Shown in pieces: positions 1 to 9,047 of a stretch of 42,462 nucleotides of DNA; positions within the stretch are counted from its first letter, which is position 1; every line of letters starts with the position of its first letter. A program made the position numbers and the translations under genes. A model generated the notes under the pieces. It had not been told where the DNA came from, made no database searches, and saw only the letters and a program-made list of their open reading frames with translations. Source of the stretch: Gemmatimonadales bacterium (GTDB taxonomy: Bacteria; Gemmatimonadota; Gemmatimonadetes; Gemmatimonadales; JACORV01); NCBI GenBank assembly GCA_044449445.1, contig JBIOIA010000003.1:1-42462 (forward strand), given 5' to 3'.

Positions 1-372
1 CTCCAGCACCATGCGCAGGGCTTCGAGCTGCGAGGGCGTGAGCTTCGGCGCCTCGTGCGGCTCGGCCGCGACGCCGCCAGGCACCAGCTCGCCGTAGAAC
101 GTGATGCCTTCCTTGAACAGCCGTGTGTAAGGCGAGGGCGGAAGTGCATTGACGGCCATGCGCGCGTCATCGAGCCGGGTGGCGTGGGCGACCGCGCGGA
201 AGAAGCGCTGCGCGCCCTTCTTGAGGCTTCGGAATTGCCACCATTTGGCGACGATGAGGAACCACGAGACCAGCGAGAACACGACCAGCACCGCGAGCAC
301 GAACTTGGTCTCGCCGCTCGAGGTCGTGATCAGGTCCCACGGCGAAGTCGGAACGGCCCTTCCGGCTTGCAT
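1..372 (-). CDS. MotA/TolQ/ExbB proton channel family protein, N-terminal part (runs off the window edge)
   Basis: Not in the ORF track. Manual translation from ATG 372 (TGATG overlap with the upstream stop): MQAGRAVPTSPWDLITTSSGETKFVLAVLVVFSLVSWFLIVAKWWQFR..., i.e. a TM helix with the 'L..FS..SW.II..K' pattern of TolQ/ExbB; open to base 1. Confidence 0.8.
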   Translation of the reverse strand, partial: MQAGRAVPTSPWDLITTSSGETKFVLAVLVVFSLVSWFLIVAKWWQFRSLKKGAQRFFRAVAHATRLDDARMAVNALPPSPYTRLFKEGITFYGELVPGGVAAEPHEAPKLTPSQLEALRMVLE

Positions 373-1322
373 CAACTGGCATCCTCCACGACCCACGCGT
401 AGGTGCGCGCGAGCCCGTCGGCGAGACTCACTTCCGGTTTCCAGCCGAGGACCCGCGCGGCCTTCTCGATCCGCACGACGCTCTCCTGGAGCTCACCCGG
501 ACGGGCGGGCGCGTGCTCGACGTTCACGTCGATATGGGCGGCGCGCATCATTGCCAGCGCCAGATCGCCGACTGACGTCGCGATCCCGGTGCCGATGTTG
601 ATGCCCCACGGATCGATCGTGCCGTCCGGCCCGGGCAGCTCGGCGTCTGCGGCGAGCACGTTGGCCCGGGCCACGTCGCCCACGTACACGTAGTCGCGCG
701 TCTGGTTCCCATCCCCGAAGATGGTGATCGGCCGGCGCTCGCGCAGGCGGTTGCCGAAGATCGCCACCACTCCGGCCTCGCCGTGCGGGTCCTGGCGCGG
801 GCCGTACACGTTGGCATAGCGGAGGGCCACGGATTCGAGCCCGTGGAGAGCGCGATACGCGGCGAGGTAGTACTCGGCGGCGAGCTTCGCGACGCCGTAG
901 GGGGAGACGGGGAGCTTGGGCGCCGTTTCGGCGTGCGGCGGTTTGCGCTCGCCGTACACCACGCCGCCCGAGGAGGAGAAGATCACGCGGCGCACGCCGC
1001 CGTGGCGCGCGCCCTCGAGCAGGTTCAGCAGGGCGATCAGGTTGTCTTGCGCGTCGCGGACGGGATCGGCGACCGAGACGCGGACGTCCACCTGCGCGGC
1101 GAGATGGGCGATGACTTCGAAGTGGCCCGCGAGGGCCAACTCGCGCGCCTCCCGGGATCCCGCGTTCAGCTCCCGGAACGTCGCGGCGGCGGGGACGTTC
1201 TGCCTTTGGCCGCGCGAGAGGTTGTCGAGGACCGTGACTTCCCAGCCGGCGGCGAGGAAGGCGTCGGCGACGTGGGAGCCGATGAACCCGGCCCCGCCGG
1301 TCACCAGCACGCGGCGGCTCAT
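372..1322 (-). CDS. NAD-dependent epimerase/dehydratase (GalE-like UDP-glucose 4-epimerase, extended SDR)
   Basis: MSRRVLVTGGAGFIG Rossmann motif, SSSGG, YGVAK (YxxxK), RYANVYGPRQDPHGEAGVV, GDGNQTRDYVYV. Confidence 0.9.
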   Translation of the reverse strand: MSRRVLVTGGAGFIGSHVADAFLAAGWEVTVLDNLSRGQRQNVPAAATFRELNAGSREARELALAGHFEVIAHLAAQVDVRVSVADPVRDAQDNLIALLNLLEGARHGGVRRVIFSSSGGVVYGERKPPHAETAPKLPVSPYGVAKLAAEYYLAAYRALHGLESVALRYANVYGPRQDPHGEAGVVAIFGNRLRERRPITIFGDGNQTRDYVYVGDVARANVLAADAELPGPDGTIDPWGINIGTGIATSVGDLALAMMRAAHIDVNVEHAPARPGELQESVVRIEKAARVLGWKPEVSLADGLARTYAWVVEDAS

Positions 1323-1326
1323 GCGA

Positions 1327-1351
1327 CGAACCCGCCGGGGCGGCGGGTTCG
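1327..1351. other. Perfect 11-bp GC-rich hairpin (CGAACCCGCCG-GGG-CGGCGGGTTCG) between the LysM gene and the epimerase
   Basis: Inverted repeat read directly; no U-tract on the minus strand; function unknown. Confidence 0.6.
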
Positions 1352-1359
1352 CAAGGGGC

Positions 1360-2676
1360 TCAGGAGGGGATGCGGCCGATTTGCCGGACCAGGGCCCCTG
1401 GTCCGACATCGCCGCTGTGGAGCTCGACGATCACCACGGTCGAGGTCGACGTCCGCGTGCTCACGACGACTCCGCGCGCAATGTCCTGCTCGATCGAGCC
1501 GCCATGGATGTCGTCCGGCCGGGTCCGATAGATCTGGATCAGGTCGCCGGGCTTCAGCCCGTCGTTCGCGCCCTTGTCGATGAACAACGCATGCTGCAGC
1601 TGCGCGAGCTCGTGAGGATCGCGCAGGCGGATCACCTGGCCCGTGACCCCGCCGGTCACCGGCACGGCGTGCCGGCTGCTGCCGAGTTCGAAGGGCTGGA
1701 CGTCGAGCACTTCCTGGTCCAATGAGACCGGCCCGAACATGCGGATCACGGTCGCACGGAAGTGCCCTGCCTCCTCGGAGCCCTTGACGCGCAGCAGGGC
1801 CGTGGGCACGACGATCTCGCCCCAGTTGCCGACTTCGTCGCCGCGCCGGAACGCGAGCAGCAGATTTCCCGGCTGGAGCGTGTCGTTGGGCGGCGCCGCG
1901 ACGACCACGTCGTCATACAGCTGCACGGCCGTCCGTGCGCCGGCCTGCGTCGACGAGGTCCGCGTGTCGCCGATGATCCGGCCGGTCGGGAGCGGCTGGT
2001 TCTCGGTGAGGAAGCCCGTCGAGTAGTACTCGCCGTCGCGCACGGCGCGGTAGCTGGCCGCCGAAAGACCCTGGAGCGTCGCCTCGCTCTGCGTCCGCTG
2101 CGCCTGCTGCGAAAAGATCGTGGGGCTGTTCGCCGGCGATACGTACGTCGGGTGCGCCGGCTCCTGGGTCGGGGCGCCGGTATCGGTCGGGGTCACCACA
2201 AACGACTGCCCGGTGGAGGGCGCGGCGGCCTGCGCTGCCGCGGGCGCGGCCGCGGCCGTGTCCTCTTCCGCCGTGATCCGCAGCTCCTCGCCCGGATAGA
2301 TCCAGTGCGGGTCTTCGACGACGTTGGTGTTGAGGCGGTAGATCTCCGGCCACAGCAGCGGGTCGCCGAGGAACTGCTGGGCGAGGGCCCACAGGGTCTC
2401 GCCCTGGGCCACGGTATGCGTGGCCGGCGTCGCGGACGTCGCCTGCCGCGGGAATGCGCCGCCGCCGGACGTGATCGTCACGCTGCCGGAGACCGGCTGC
2501 GACTGCTGCTGGTTCTGTGGTGCGGACGGAGCAGGCTGCGGGACGCCCACGCTCTGGGGCCGGACACTGGGCGGCAAGCCGCGCACCGGCGCGTCCTGCG
2601 CGCTGGCGCTCAGCGGGATCGCTATCGCCACGAGGGCGAGCGTCAGCTCAGAACGGAAGATCGTCATCCTCCTCAT
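1360..2676 (-). CDS. Secreted LysM peptidoglycan-binding protein, TsaP-like
   Basis: Signal peptide ending ASA-Q; LysM HTVAQGETLWALAQQFLGDPLLWPEIYRLN..EDPHWIYPG; C-terminal FIDKGANDGLKPGD beta domain; GGAGG 6 nt before ATG 2676 (ATG 2667 is an alternative). Confidence 0.8.
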   Translation of the reverse strand: MRRMTIFRSELTLALVAIAIPLSASAQDAPVRGLPPSVRPQSVGVPQPAPSAPQNQQQSQPVSGSVTITSGGGAFPRQATSATPATHTVAQGETLWALAQQFLGDPLLWPEIYRLNTNVVEDPHWIYPGEELRITAEEDTAAAAPAAAQAAAPSTGQSFVVTPTDTGAPTQEPAHPTYVSPANSPTIFSQQAQRTQSEATLQGLSAASYRAVRDGEYYSTGFLTENQPLPTGRIIGDTRTSSTQAGARTAVQLYDDVVVAAPPNDTLQPGNLLLAFRRGDEVGNWGEIVVPTALLRVKGSEEAGHFRATVIRMFGPVSLDQEVLDVQPFELGSSRHAVPVTGGVTGQVIRLRDPHELAQLQHALFIDKGANDGLKPGDLIQIYRTRPDDIHGGSIEQDIARGVVVSTRTSTSTVVIVELHSGDVGPGALVRQIGRIPS

Positions 2677-3154
2677 CGAGCGCCTCCGGGTAGTCGCCGA
2701 ACGGTTTCTCGGCGCCTTCCTTGGCCTTTCCACCTGCCGTAAGGCCGCCGGCGGCCGCGGGGGCGGCTGCACGCCGCCCCCCACCCTCGCCCCCGTCGCT
2801 CTTGCCCGACAGCATCACCAGATCCCGGACCTTGATCTCCGTCATGTACTTCGTCGTCCCGTCCTTCTTGTCTTCGTAGGAGCGGTACTCGATGCTCCCC
2901 TCGACATAGACCCGGTCGCCCTTCTTCAGGTACTTCTCGACCACTTCGACCAGGCCGGTGCCTTCACGCCGATTGTTCCAGATCACGATGCGGTGCCACT
3001 CCGTCTTCTCCTGCTTCTGGCCGGACTCGTTGTTCCAGGTCCGGTTCGTCGCCAGGCTGAACTGGGCCACCCGGGCCCCGCTCGGGATGGTTCGAATCTC
3101 CGGATCCGACCCGAGGTTTCCGATCAGCATGACCTTGTTCAGACTGCGAGCCAC
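2648..3154 (-). CDS. ssb: Single-stranded DNA-binding protein
   Basis: ARSLNKVMLIGNLGSDPE, EKTEWHRIV, C-terminal DDDLPF; GTG start preceded by CAGGAGG. Confidence 0.97.
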   Translation of the reverse strand: MARSLNKVMLIGNLGSDPEIRTIPSGARVAQFSLATNRTWNNESGQKQEKTEWHRIVIWNNRREGTGLVEVVEKYLKKGDRVYVEGSIEYRSYEDKKDGTTKYMTEIKVRDLVMLSGKSDGGEGGGRRAAAPAAAGGLTAGGKAKEGAEKPFGDYPEALDEEDDDLPF

Positions 3155-3197
3155 AGCACCCTCCTGGGGATCGACCCGGAAACCACGGACATAGGGC

Positions 3198-3227
3198 AAG
3201 TTAGGAAACCACAAGGGGTTTTGTCAA
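3198..3227 (-). promoter_or_regulatory. sigma70-type promoter for ssb
   Basis: Minus strand TTGACA (3227-3222), 18-bp spacer, TAACTT (3203-3198) in an AT-rich gap. Confidence 0.65.
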
Positions 3228-3245
3228 CCGATTTCATGCAGTTCC

Positions 3246-3716
3246 TCATCCTTTCCTTGCGATTTGTGACGCAAGTTCCAGCACCATCGTGAGGGCGTCC
3301 TCCCGGGGCCGGCCGTAGTACCCTGGGCGGACCCCCAGGGGGCGGAACCCGGCGCTCCGGTACAGGCCGATGGCCGCCTCGTTCGAGCGCCTGACCTCGA
3401 GAAAGACCTGCCTGACGCCGCTCTGGCGCAGGTCGTCGAGCAGCTTGTCGAGCATGGCGCGTCCCGCCCCGTGTCCCCGGGCTCGCTCGTCCACGGCGAT
3501 GTTGAGGATTTCCCCCTCGTCGCCGGCGCGGACCGACATGGCGTAGCCGACGAGCCGTCCCTGTTCGTCGTCGATCGCGAGCGAGCGCACCTGCTCGCGC
3601 TCGAGGGTCTCGGCGAAGCTCCTCCTGGACCACGGGTCGGGAAACGTCGCGCGCTCGATCTCGGCGACGCGGTCGAGATCCGCCGTGGCGAGCCGCCTGG
3701 GCTTACCGATCGCCAT
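3246..3716 (-). CDS. rimI: Ribosomal-protein-alanine N-acetyltransferase RimI (GNAT)
   Basis: IERATFPDPWS, EILNIAV, RGHGAG, LEVRRSNEAAIGLY, RPGYY..EDA; follows tsaB. Confidence 0.92.
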   Translation of the reverse strand: MAIGKPRRLATADLDRVAEIERATFPDPWSRRSFAETLEREQVRSLAIDDEQGRLVGYAMSVRAGDEGEILNIAVDERARGHGAGRAMLDKLLDDLRQSGVRQVFLEVRRSNEAAIGLYRSAGFRPLGVRPGYYGRPREDALTMVLELASQIARKG

Positions 3717-4365
3717 GACGCGCGAGGCGCCGCGCCTCGGCCTCGGCGGGACGGCCATAGTCCGGTTCCCACGTCGCAGCGTCGCGAACTGGCAGCGGGC
3801 CACCGGGAACGCCGACCAGGGAGAGCAGCGCGGCTGCCGAGGCGCCGCGCTCGTCGGCGCGCACAGCACCCTCGGGCGAGCGTTCCTTCGCGCGAACAAC
3901 GGTTGGTCGCTCGATGACTTCGATCTTGCCAGCTTCGAACCGATAGACTGCGCGATACACATCACCCCTGAGTGCGTCGTACTCGGCCAGCACAAGGGCG
4001 GACGGGCGGACGGGCGGACAGGCGGTCCGCGCGGCGCCTAACAGCGACGGCGCCGCGAGCAGCGGGATTCCGAGCACGCGGCACAGTCCTTTTGCGAACG
4101 CGATGCCGATGCGCAGGCCCGTGAAGGAGCCGGGTCCGTCCGCGACGACGATTCCCTGGAGCTGCGCGGGGCCCACGCCACGCGCTGCAAACAGCTCGCG
4201 CGCGAGCCGGTCGATGTCGCGCGACAGGTCGTGCCGGTGGCTGGCCGCGACGTCCTCGCCCGGCGATTCGGGAGTGCCGAGGGCAAGCGTCGGGCGGTCG
4301 GTCGCGGTATCGATGGACAGCAAGAGCGCCGAAAGCTGAAAGTCGAAAGTCGAAGGGGGCGTCAC
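3703..4365 (-). CDS. tsaB: tRNA threonylcarbamoyladenosine biosynthesis protein TsaB
   Basis: LSIDTAT, GPGSFTGLRIG, DALRGDVY, PDYGR; GTG start overlaps the tsaE stop (GTGA); TTG 4323 is an alternative start. Confidence 0.9.
   Translation of the reverse strand: MTPPSTFDFQLSALLLSIDTATDRPTLALGTPESPGEDVAASHRHDLSRDIDRLARELFAARGVGPAQLQGIVVADGPGSFTGLRIGIAFAKGLCRVLGIPLLAAPSLLGAARTACPPVRPSALVLAEYDALRGDVYRAVYRFEAGKIEVIERPTVVRAKERSPEGAVRADERGASAAALLSLVGVPGGPLPVRDAATWEPDYGRPAEAEARRLARHGDR
3997..4028 (+). repeat. Octamer tandem repeat GGCGGACR x ~4, in frame inside tsaB
   Basis: GGCGGACG GGCGGACG GGCGGACA GGCGGTCC; encodes ...TACPPVRPSA... Confidence 0.8.
4329..4356 (+). repeat. Heptamer tandem repeat NNGAAAG x4 (single arm) at the tsaE/tsaB junction
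   Basis: CCGAAAG CTGAAAG TCGAAAG TCGAAGG; same units as at 33704 and 41741. Confidence 0.85.
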
Positions 4366-4778
4366 GACCACTCCAGGTCGCGGATGCCGTCTGAGTCCGT
4401 GTATGCAAGATGAATCCGGTGCGTGAACTCGGGCGCCGCGGCACCGAGACGCTCGGGCCACTCGACGAGCACGACGCCCTGGGGCTCCTTCGCCATCTCC
4501 TCGAAGCCGAGGTCGCGCCCGTCGTCCGCGGGCTTGAGGCGGTAGGCGTCCACGTGCCAGACCGGAATGCCGGCGGCCTCGTAGCGGTGGACCAGCGCGA
4601 AGGTCGGGCTGGTCACCGGACCCTCGACACCGAGGCCGTGCGCGATCGCGCGGACGAGCGTCGTCTTGCCGGCGCCGAGCTCGCCGCTCAGCGCGACGAC
4701 CGCGGGACGGCGGAGCGCGCGGGCGAACGAGCTGCCCCACGCGGCGAGCTGTTCCTCATCGACGCGCGCGCTTCCCAC
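4362..4778 (-). CDS. tsaE: tRNA threonylcarbamoyladenosine biosynthesis ATPase TsaE
   Basis: Walker [30 protein letters not shown]. Confidence 0.95.
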   Translation of the reverse strand: MGSARVDEEQLAAWGSSFARALRRPAVVALSGELGAGKTTLVRAIAHGLGVEGPVTSPTFALVHRYEAAGIPVWHVDAYRLKPADDGRDLGFEEMAKEPQGVVLVEWPERLGAAAPEFTHRIHLAYTDSDGIRDLEWS

Positions 4779-6855
4779 GCCTGCTCCCGGCCGGCCTGGG
4801 CGAGCGAGGCCCTGTCCGCCCGTCCGCCTGTCCGCCCGTCCGCCCGCCGCGCGCCGCCTTCAGGTCCATGATCTGGTCGCGGATCTGCGCGGCCAGCTCG
4901 AAGTCGAGGTCGTCGGCGGCGGTGCGCATCTCCTGCTCCAGCGTCTCGAGGATCTTCGCACGCTCCGATGCGTTGGCGTCGGCCCACGAGTGGCCCGCCT
5001 GCGCGATGGCCGACAGCGGCTCGGCGCGCGGCACGGGGTCCTCGCGCGCGTCGGCGACCCGCGTCGTGAACCGGATCTCCTCGATGGATTTCACGATGGA
5101 GGTCGGCGTGATGCCGTGCTCCTTGTTGTAGGCGCGCTGCACCTCGCGGCGGCGGTCCATCTCGTCCAGCGCGGCTTTCATCGAGTCGGTGATCCGGTCG
5201 GCGTACAGGATCGCCTTCCCCCGCTCGTTGCGGGCCGCGCGGCCCACCGTCTGGATGAGCGAGGTGCGCGAGCGCAGGAACCCCTCCTGGTCGGCGTCGA
5301 GCACGGCCACGAGCGACACTTCGGGCAGGTCGAGGCCTTCGCGCAGCAGGTTGATCCCGACCAGCACGTCGAACTCGCCGAGCCGGAGCCCGCGCACGAT
5401 GTCCATGCGCTCGATCGCGTCGATGTCGGAGTGCATGTAGCGCACCCGCACGCCCACCTGCGCGAGGTAGTCGGTGAGGTCCTCGGACATCCGCTTGGTC
5501 AGCGTGGTGACGAGGACCCGCTCGCCGCGCCGCGCGCGGGCGCGGATCTCGCCCAGCAGGTCGTCCACCTGCCCCGCCACGGGTCTGATCTCCACCTCGG
5601 GGTCGAGCAGCCCGGTCGGGCGCACCAGCTGCTCGACGACCGCGCCGCCGCTGAGCCTCAGCTCCTCCGGGCCCGGCGTCGCGCTCACGAACAGGATCCG
5701 GGGCGCGAGCTTCAGGATCTCCTCGTAGCGCAGCGGCCGGTTGTCGAGCGCGCTCGGCAGCCGGAAGCCGTACTCGACCAGGGTCTCCTTGCGCGAGCGG
5801 TCGCCCGCGTACATCGCGTTGAGCTGCGGCACCGTAGCGTGGGACTCGTCCACGACCAGCAGGAAATCCTTGGGGAAGAAGTCGATCAGGCAGGCGGGCC
5901 GCTCGCCGGGCTGCCGGCCGGAGAGAACCCGCGAGTAGTTCTCGACGCCGTGGCACGTCCCGATCTCGATCAGCATCTCGAGGTCGAAGGAGCAGCGGGA
6001 CTCGAGCCGCTGCGCCTCCAGCAGCTTGCCCTGCGTGCGCAGCTCGTTGAGCCGCTCCATCAGCTCGGCGCGGATCGCCGCGACGGCCCGCTGGAGGTTC
6101 GCCTTGTCGGTCACGAAGTGCGTGGCCGGATAGATCGCGCAGCGCTGGATCGGTGCGACGGCCTTGCCCGTGAGCGGGTCGATCTTGGTGATCCGCTCGA
6201 TCTTATCGCCGAACAGCTCGAGGCGGACCGCCTGCTCCTCGTAGGCCGGGAAGATCTCGACCACGTCGCCGCGGACCCGGAAGGTGCCGGGCTCGAAGGC
6301 GACGTCGTTGCGCTGGTACTGGATGGCGACCAGCCGCTCGAGGATGGCGCGCCGCCCCGGGCTCTCGCCGACCTTGAGGTGGACCATCTGCTCGCGGTAC
6401 TGCACGGGGTCGCCGAGCCCGTAGATCGCGCTCACCGTCGCCACGACCACGACGTCGTCGCGCTCGACCAGGCTGCTCGTGGCCCGCAGGCGCAGCCGCT
6501 CGATGTCCTCGTTGATCGAGGCGTCCTTCTCGATGTAGGTGTCGGTCGAGGGGACGTACGCCTCGGGCTGGTAGTAGTCGTAATAGGAGATGAAGTACTC
6601 GACGGCGTTGGACGGCAGGAACCCCTTGAACTCGCCGTACAGCTGGGCCCCCAGCGTCTTGTTGTGCGAGAGGATGAGCGCGGGCACGCCGAGCTCGGCG
6701 ACGACGTGCGCGACGGTCATCGTTTTGCCGGATCCGGTGACGCCGAGCAGGACCTGGTGCGGATCGCCGCGCTTGAATCCGCGGACCAGCTCTTCGATCG
6801 CCTTCGGCTGGTCCCCGGCCGGGGAGAACGGCGCTTCGACCTTGAGGCCGCTCAC
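4756..6855 (-). CDS. uvrB: Excinuclease ABC subunit B
   Basis: [58 protein letters not shown]-terminal UVR coil [11 protein letters not shown]. Confidence 0.98.
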   Translation of the reverse strand: MSGLKVEAPFSPAGDQPKAIEELVRGFKRGDPHQVLLGVTGSGKTMTVAHVVAELGVPALILSHNKTLGAQLYGEFKGFLPSNAVEYFISYYDYYQPEAYVPSTDTYIEKDASINEDIERLRLRATSSLVERDDVVVVATVSAIYGLGDPVQYREQMVHLKVGESPGRRAILERLVAIQYQRNDVAFEPGTFRVRGDVVEIFPAYEEQAVRLELFGDKIERITKIDPLTGKAVAPIQRCAIYPATHFVTDKANLQRAVAAIRAELMERLNELRTQGKLLEAQRLESRCSFDLEMLIEIGTCHGVENYSRVLSGRQPGERPACLIDFFPKDFLLVVDESHATVPQLNAMYAGDRSRKETLVEYGFRLPSALDNRPLRYEEILKLAPRILFVSATPGPEELRLSGGAVVEQLVRPTGLLDPEVEIRPVAGQVDDLLGEIRARARRGERVLVTTLTKRMSEDLTDYLAQVGVRVRYMHSDIDAIERMDIVRGLRLGEFDVLVGINLLREGLDLPEVSLVAVLDADQEGFLRSRTSLIQTVGRAARNERGKAILYADRITDSMKAALDEMDRRREVQRAYNKEHGITPTSIVKSIEEIRFTTRVADAREDPVPRAEPLSAIAQAGHSWADANASERAKILETLEQEMRTAADDLDFELAAQIRDQIMDLKAARGGRTGGQADGRTGPRSPRPAGSRRGKRARR
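4813..4844 (-). repeat. Octamer tandem repeat GGCGGACR x4, in frame in the uvrB C-terminal tail (inverted relative to the tsaB copy)
   Basis: Plus strand TGTCCGCC CGTCCGCC TGTCCGCC CGTCCGCC; encodes ...[11 protein letters not shown]... Confidence 0.85.
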
Positions 6856-9020
6856 GCGTCGAGGCGCTCGCGGCGCCCGACGTCCGACACGCCCTTCACG
6901 CGCCGCATCGCCTTCATGACCTTCGTGAGGTGGGAGAGATTCTCGACTTCGACGATGAGCGACCCGTCCACGCCGCCGTCGCCGCTATTGAGCTCGAGCG
7001 CGCGGATGTTGGTGCCCGTCCCCGAGATGGCGGTGCACAGGTCGGCGTAGAGGCCGCGCCGGTCCTCGCCCTGGAGACTGAGCCGCACCGTGAACAGCTC
7101 GCCCTCGACCTCCTGCCAGTCGAGCTCCATGCGCCGCTCCGGGTCGGCGAGCGCGAGCAGGTTCGGGCAATCCACCCGATGGATGCTGATGCCGCGGCCG
7201 CGCGTGACGTAACCCGTCACCTTGTCGCCCGGCACCGGCTGGCAGCACTGCGAGTAGCGCACCATCAGGCCGTCCACGCCCTGGATGCGCACGCCCTTTC
7301 CGACGCGCATCCGCTGCACCAGCCGGCCGATGGCCGTGGGCGGCGTGGGCGGCGGCGTCTCGGACTGCTCGGCGGGCAGCTCGGGATAGATCGCGCGCAG
7401 CACCTGCCCGGTTCCGACGTCGCCGCGCCCGAGCGCGGCCTCGACGTGCGCCGCGTCGGCCAGGCCGAGCGACGTCGCGGCGCGCGCCTTCTGCTCCTCG
7501 CCGGGCTTGGGGAGCCGGCGGCGGCGAATTTCGCGCGCCAGGATGTCCTGGCCGAGCTGGATCGAGGCCGACAGCTCCTCGTTGCGGATCCACTGCCGGA
7601 TCTTCGAGCGCGCGCGGCCGGTACGGACGTGGGCGAGCCAGTCCTGCGACGGATGCGCGGCCGGCGACGTGAGGATCTCCACGTTGTCGCCGTTCTTCAG
7701 CATGCGGTGCAACGGCGCGATCCGGCCGTTCACCTTGGCGCCCTGGCAGTGCAGGCCGACCTCGGTGTGCACGAAGAACGCGAAATCGATCGGCGTCGCG
7801 CCCTTGGGCAGCTGCTTGACGTCGCCTTCGGGCGTGAAGATGAAGATCTCGTCCTGGTACAGGTCGATGCGCAGGAACTCGAGGAACTCCTGCGGCGTCT
7901 GCGCCTCCTGCTGGCGGTCGATCAGCTGGCGGAACCACTGGAGGTGCCGGTCCAGCTCGTCGCTCGCGCGGCCTTCCTTGTAGAGCCAGTGCGCCGCGAT
8001 GCCGTACTCGGCCGTGTGGTGCATCTCGCGGGTGCGGATCTGGATCTCGTACAGGTGGCCGGCCGGGCCGAAGATCGTCGTGTGCAGCGACTGGTAGCCG
8101 TTCGACTTGGGCTGGGCGATGTAGTCCTTGATGCGCTCCTGGAGCGGCGTCCAGTGCGCGTGGATCACGCCGAGCGCGTGGTAGCAGTCGGGCACCGAGT
8201 TGACCAGGACCCGGATCGCCATCAGGTCGTAGATCATCTCGTAGGGCAGGTTGCGCGTCGTGATCTTGCGGAAGATCGAGTACAGGTGCTTCGGGCGCCC
8301 GGTGACCTCGACGTCGGCGATGCCCGCCTTGTCGAGCGCGCGCTTCAGCGGCTCGCGCATCTTGTCGACCAGCCCTTCGCGCTCGCCCTTCTTGCTCGCG
8401 AGCTTCTTCGACAGGGCCCGGTAGTCCACCGGCTCGAGGAACCGGAAGGCCAGGTCCTCGAGCTCGACGCGGGCCTGCCCCATGCCGAAGCGGTGCGCGA
8501 GCGGCGCGTAGATCTCGCGCGTCTCGAGCGCGATGCGCCGCTGCTTCTCCTCCGGCAGGTGCTCGAGCGTGCGCATGTTGTGCAGGCGGTCGGCGAGCTT
8601 GATGATGACCACGCGCGCATCGCGGGCCACCGAGACCAGCAGCTTGCGGTAGTTCTCGACCTGCTCTTCAGCGGTGGAGCGGAAGGTGAGCGTGGAGATC
8701 TTGGTGAGGCCGTCCACGATCGTCGCGACCTCGGCGCCGAACTCCTTCTCGAGGTCGGCGATCGTGACATCGGTGTCTTCGGCGACGTCGTGCAGCAGCC
8801 CGCAGGCGATCGACGCCGAATCGAGGTGCTGCTCGACCAGGATCCGCGCCACCGCGACCCCGTGGCTCACGGCCGTCTCCCCGCTCCAGCGCTTCTGGCC
8901 CTTGTGGGCGCGCGCGCTGAACTGCCAGGCCCGCTCGATCAGGTCCAGATCGAGCCGGTCGGCGAAGGACTCCAGGGCGTCGGAGAGCCCGGGAATCGAG
9001 GGAACGCGGATGGTGGTCAC
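6852..9020 (-). CDS. relA: Long RSH (p)ppGpp synthetase/hydrolase (Rel/SpoT family)
   Basis: HD domain [20 protein letters not shown]; synthetase [25 protein letters not shown]; [20 protein letters not shown]; [13 protein letters not shown]; C-terminal ACT. Confidence 0.96.
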   Translation of the reverse strand: MTTIRVPSIPGLSDALESFADRLDLDLIERAWQFSARAHKGQKRWSGETAVSHGVAVARILVEQHLDSASIACGLLHDVAEDTDVTIADLEKEFGAEVATIVDGLTKISTLTFRSTAEEQVENYRKLLVSVARDARVVIIKLADRLHNMRTLEHLPEEKQRRIALETREIYAPLAHRFGMGQARVELEDLAFRFLEPVDYRALSKKLASKKGEREGLVDKMREPLKRALDKAGIADVEVTGRPKHLYSIFRKITTRNLPYEMIYDLMAIRVLVNSVPDCYHALGVIHAHWTPLQERIKDYIAQPKSNGYQSLHTTIFGPAGHLYEIQIRTREMHHTAEYGIAAHWLYKEGRASDELDRHLQWFRQLIDRQQEAQTPQEFLEFLRIDLYQDEIFIFTPEGDVKQLPKGATPIDFAFFVHTEVGLHCQGAKVNGRIAPLHRMLKNGDNVEILTSPAAHPSQDWLAHVRTGRARSKIRQWIRNEELSASIQLGQDILAREIRRRRLPKPGEEQKARAATSLGLADAAHVEAALGRGDVGTGQVLRAIYPELPAEQSETPPPTPPTAIGRLVQRMRVGKGVRIQGVDGLMVRYSQCCQPVPGDKVTGYVTRGRGISIHRVDCPNLLALADPERRMELDWQEVEGELFTVRLSLQGEDRRGLYADLCTAISGTGTNIRALELNSGDGGVDGSLIVEVENLSHLTKVMKAMRRVKGVSDVGRRERLDA

Positions 9021-9025
9021 CCCGA

Positions 9026-9031
9026 ATTATA
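9026..9031 (-). promoter_or_regulatory. Consensus -10 box TATAAT 5 nt upstream of the rel GTG start (probable leaderless transcript)
   Basis: Plus-strand ATTATA at 9026-9031; no SD in the 27-nt gap; nearest TTGACT is only 14 bp upstream. Confidence 0.5.
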
Positions 9032-9047
9032 AGGCGGGGGGCGGGAG

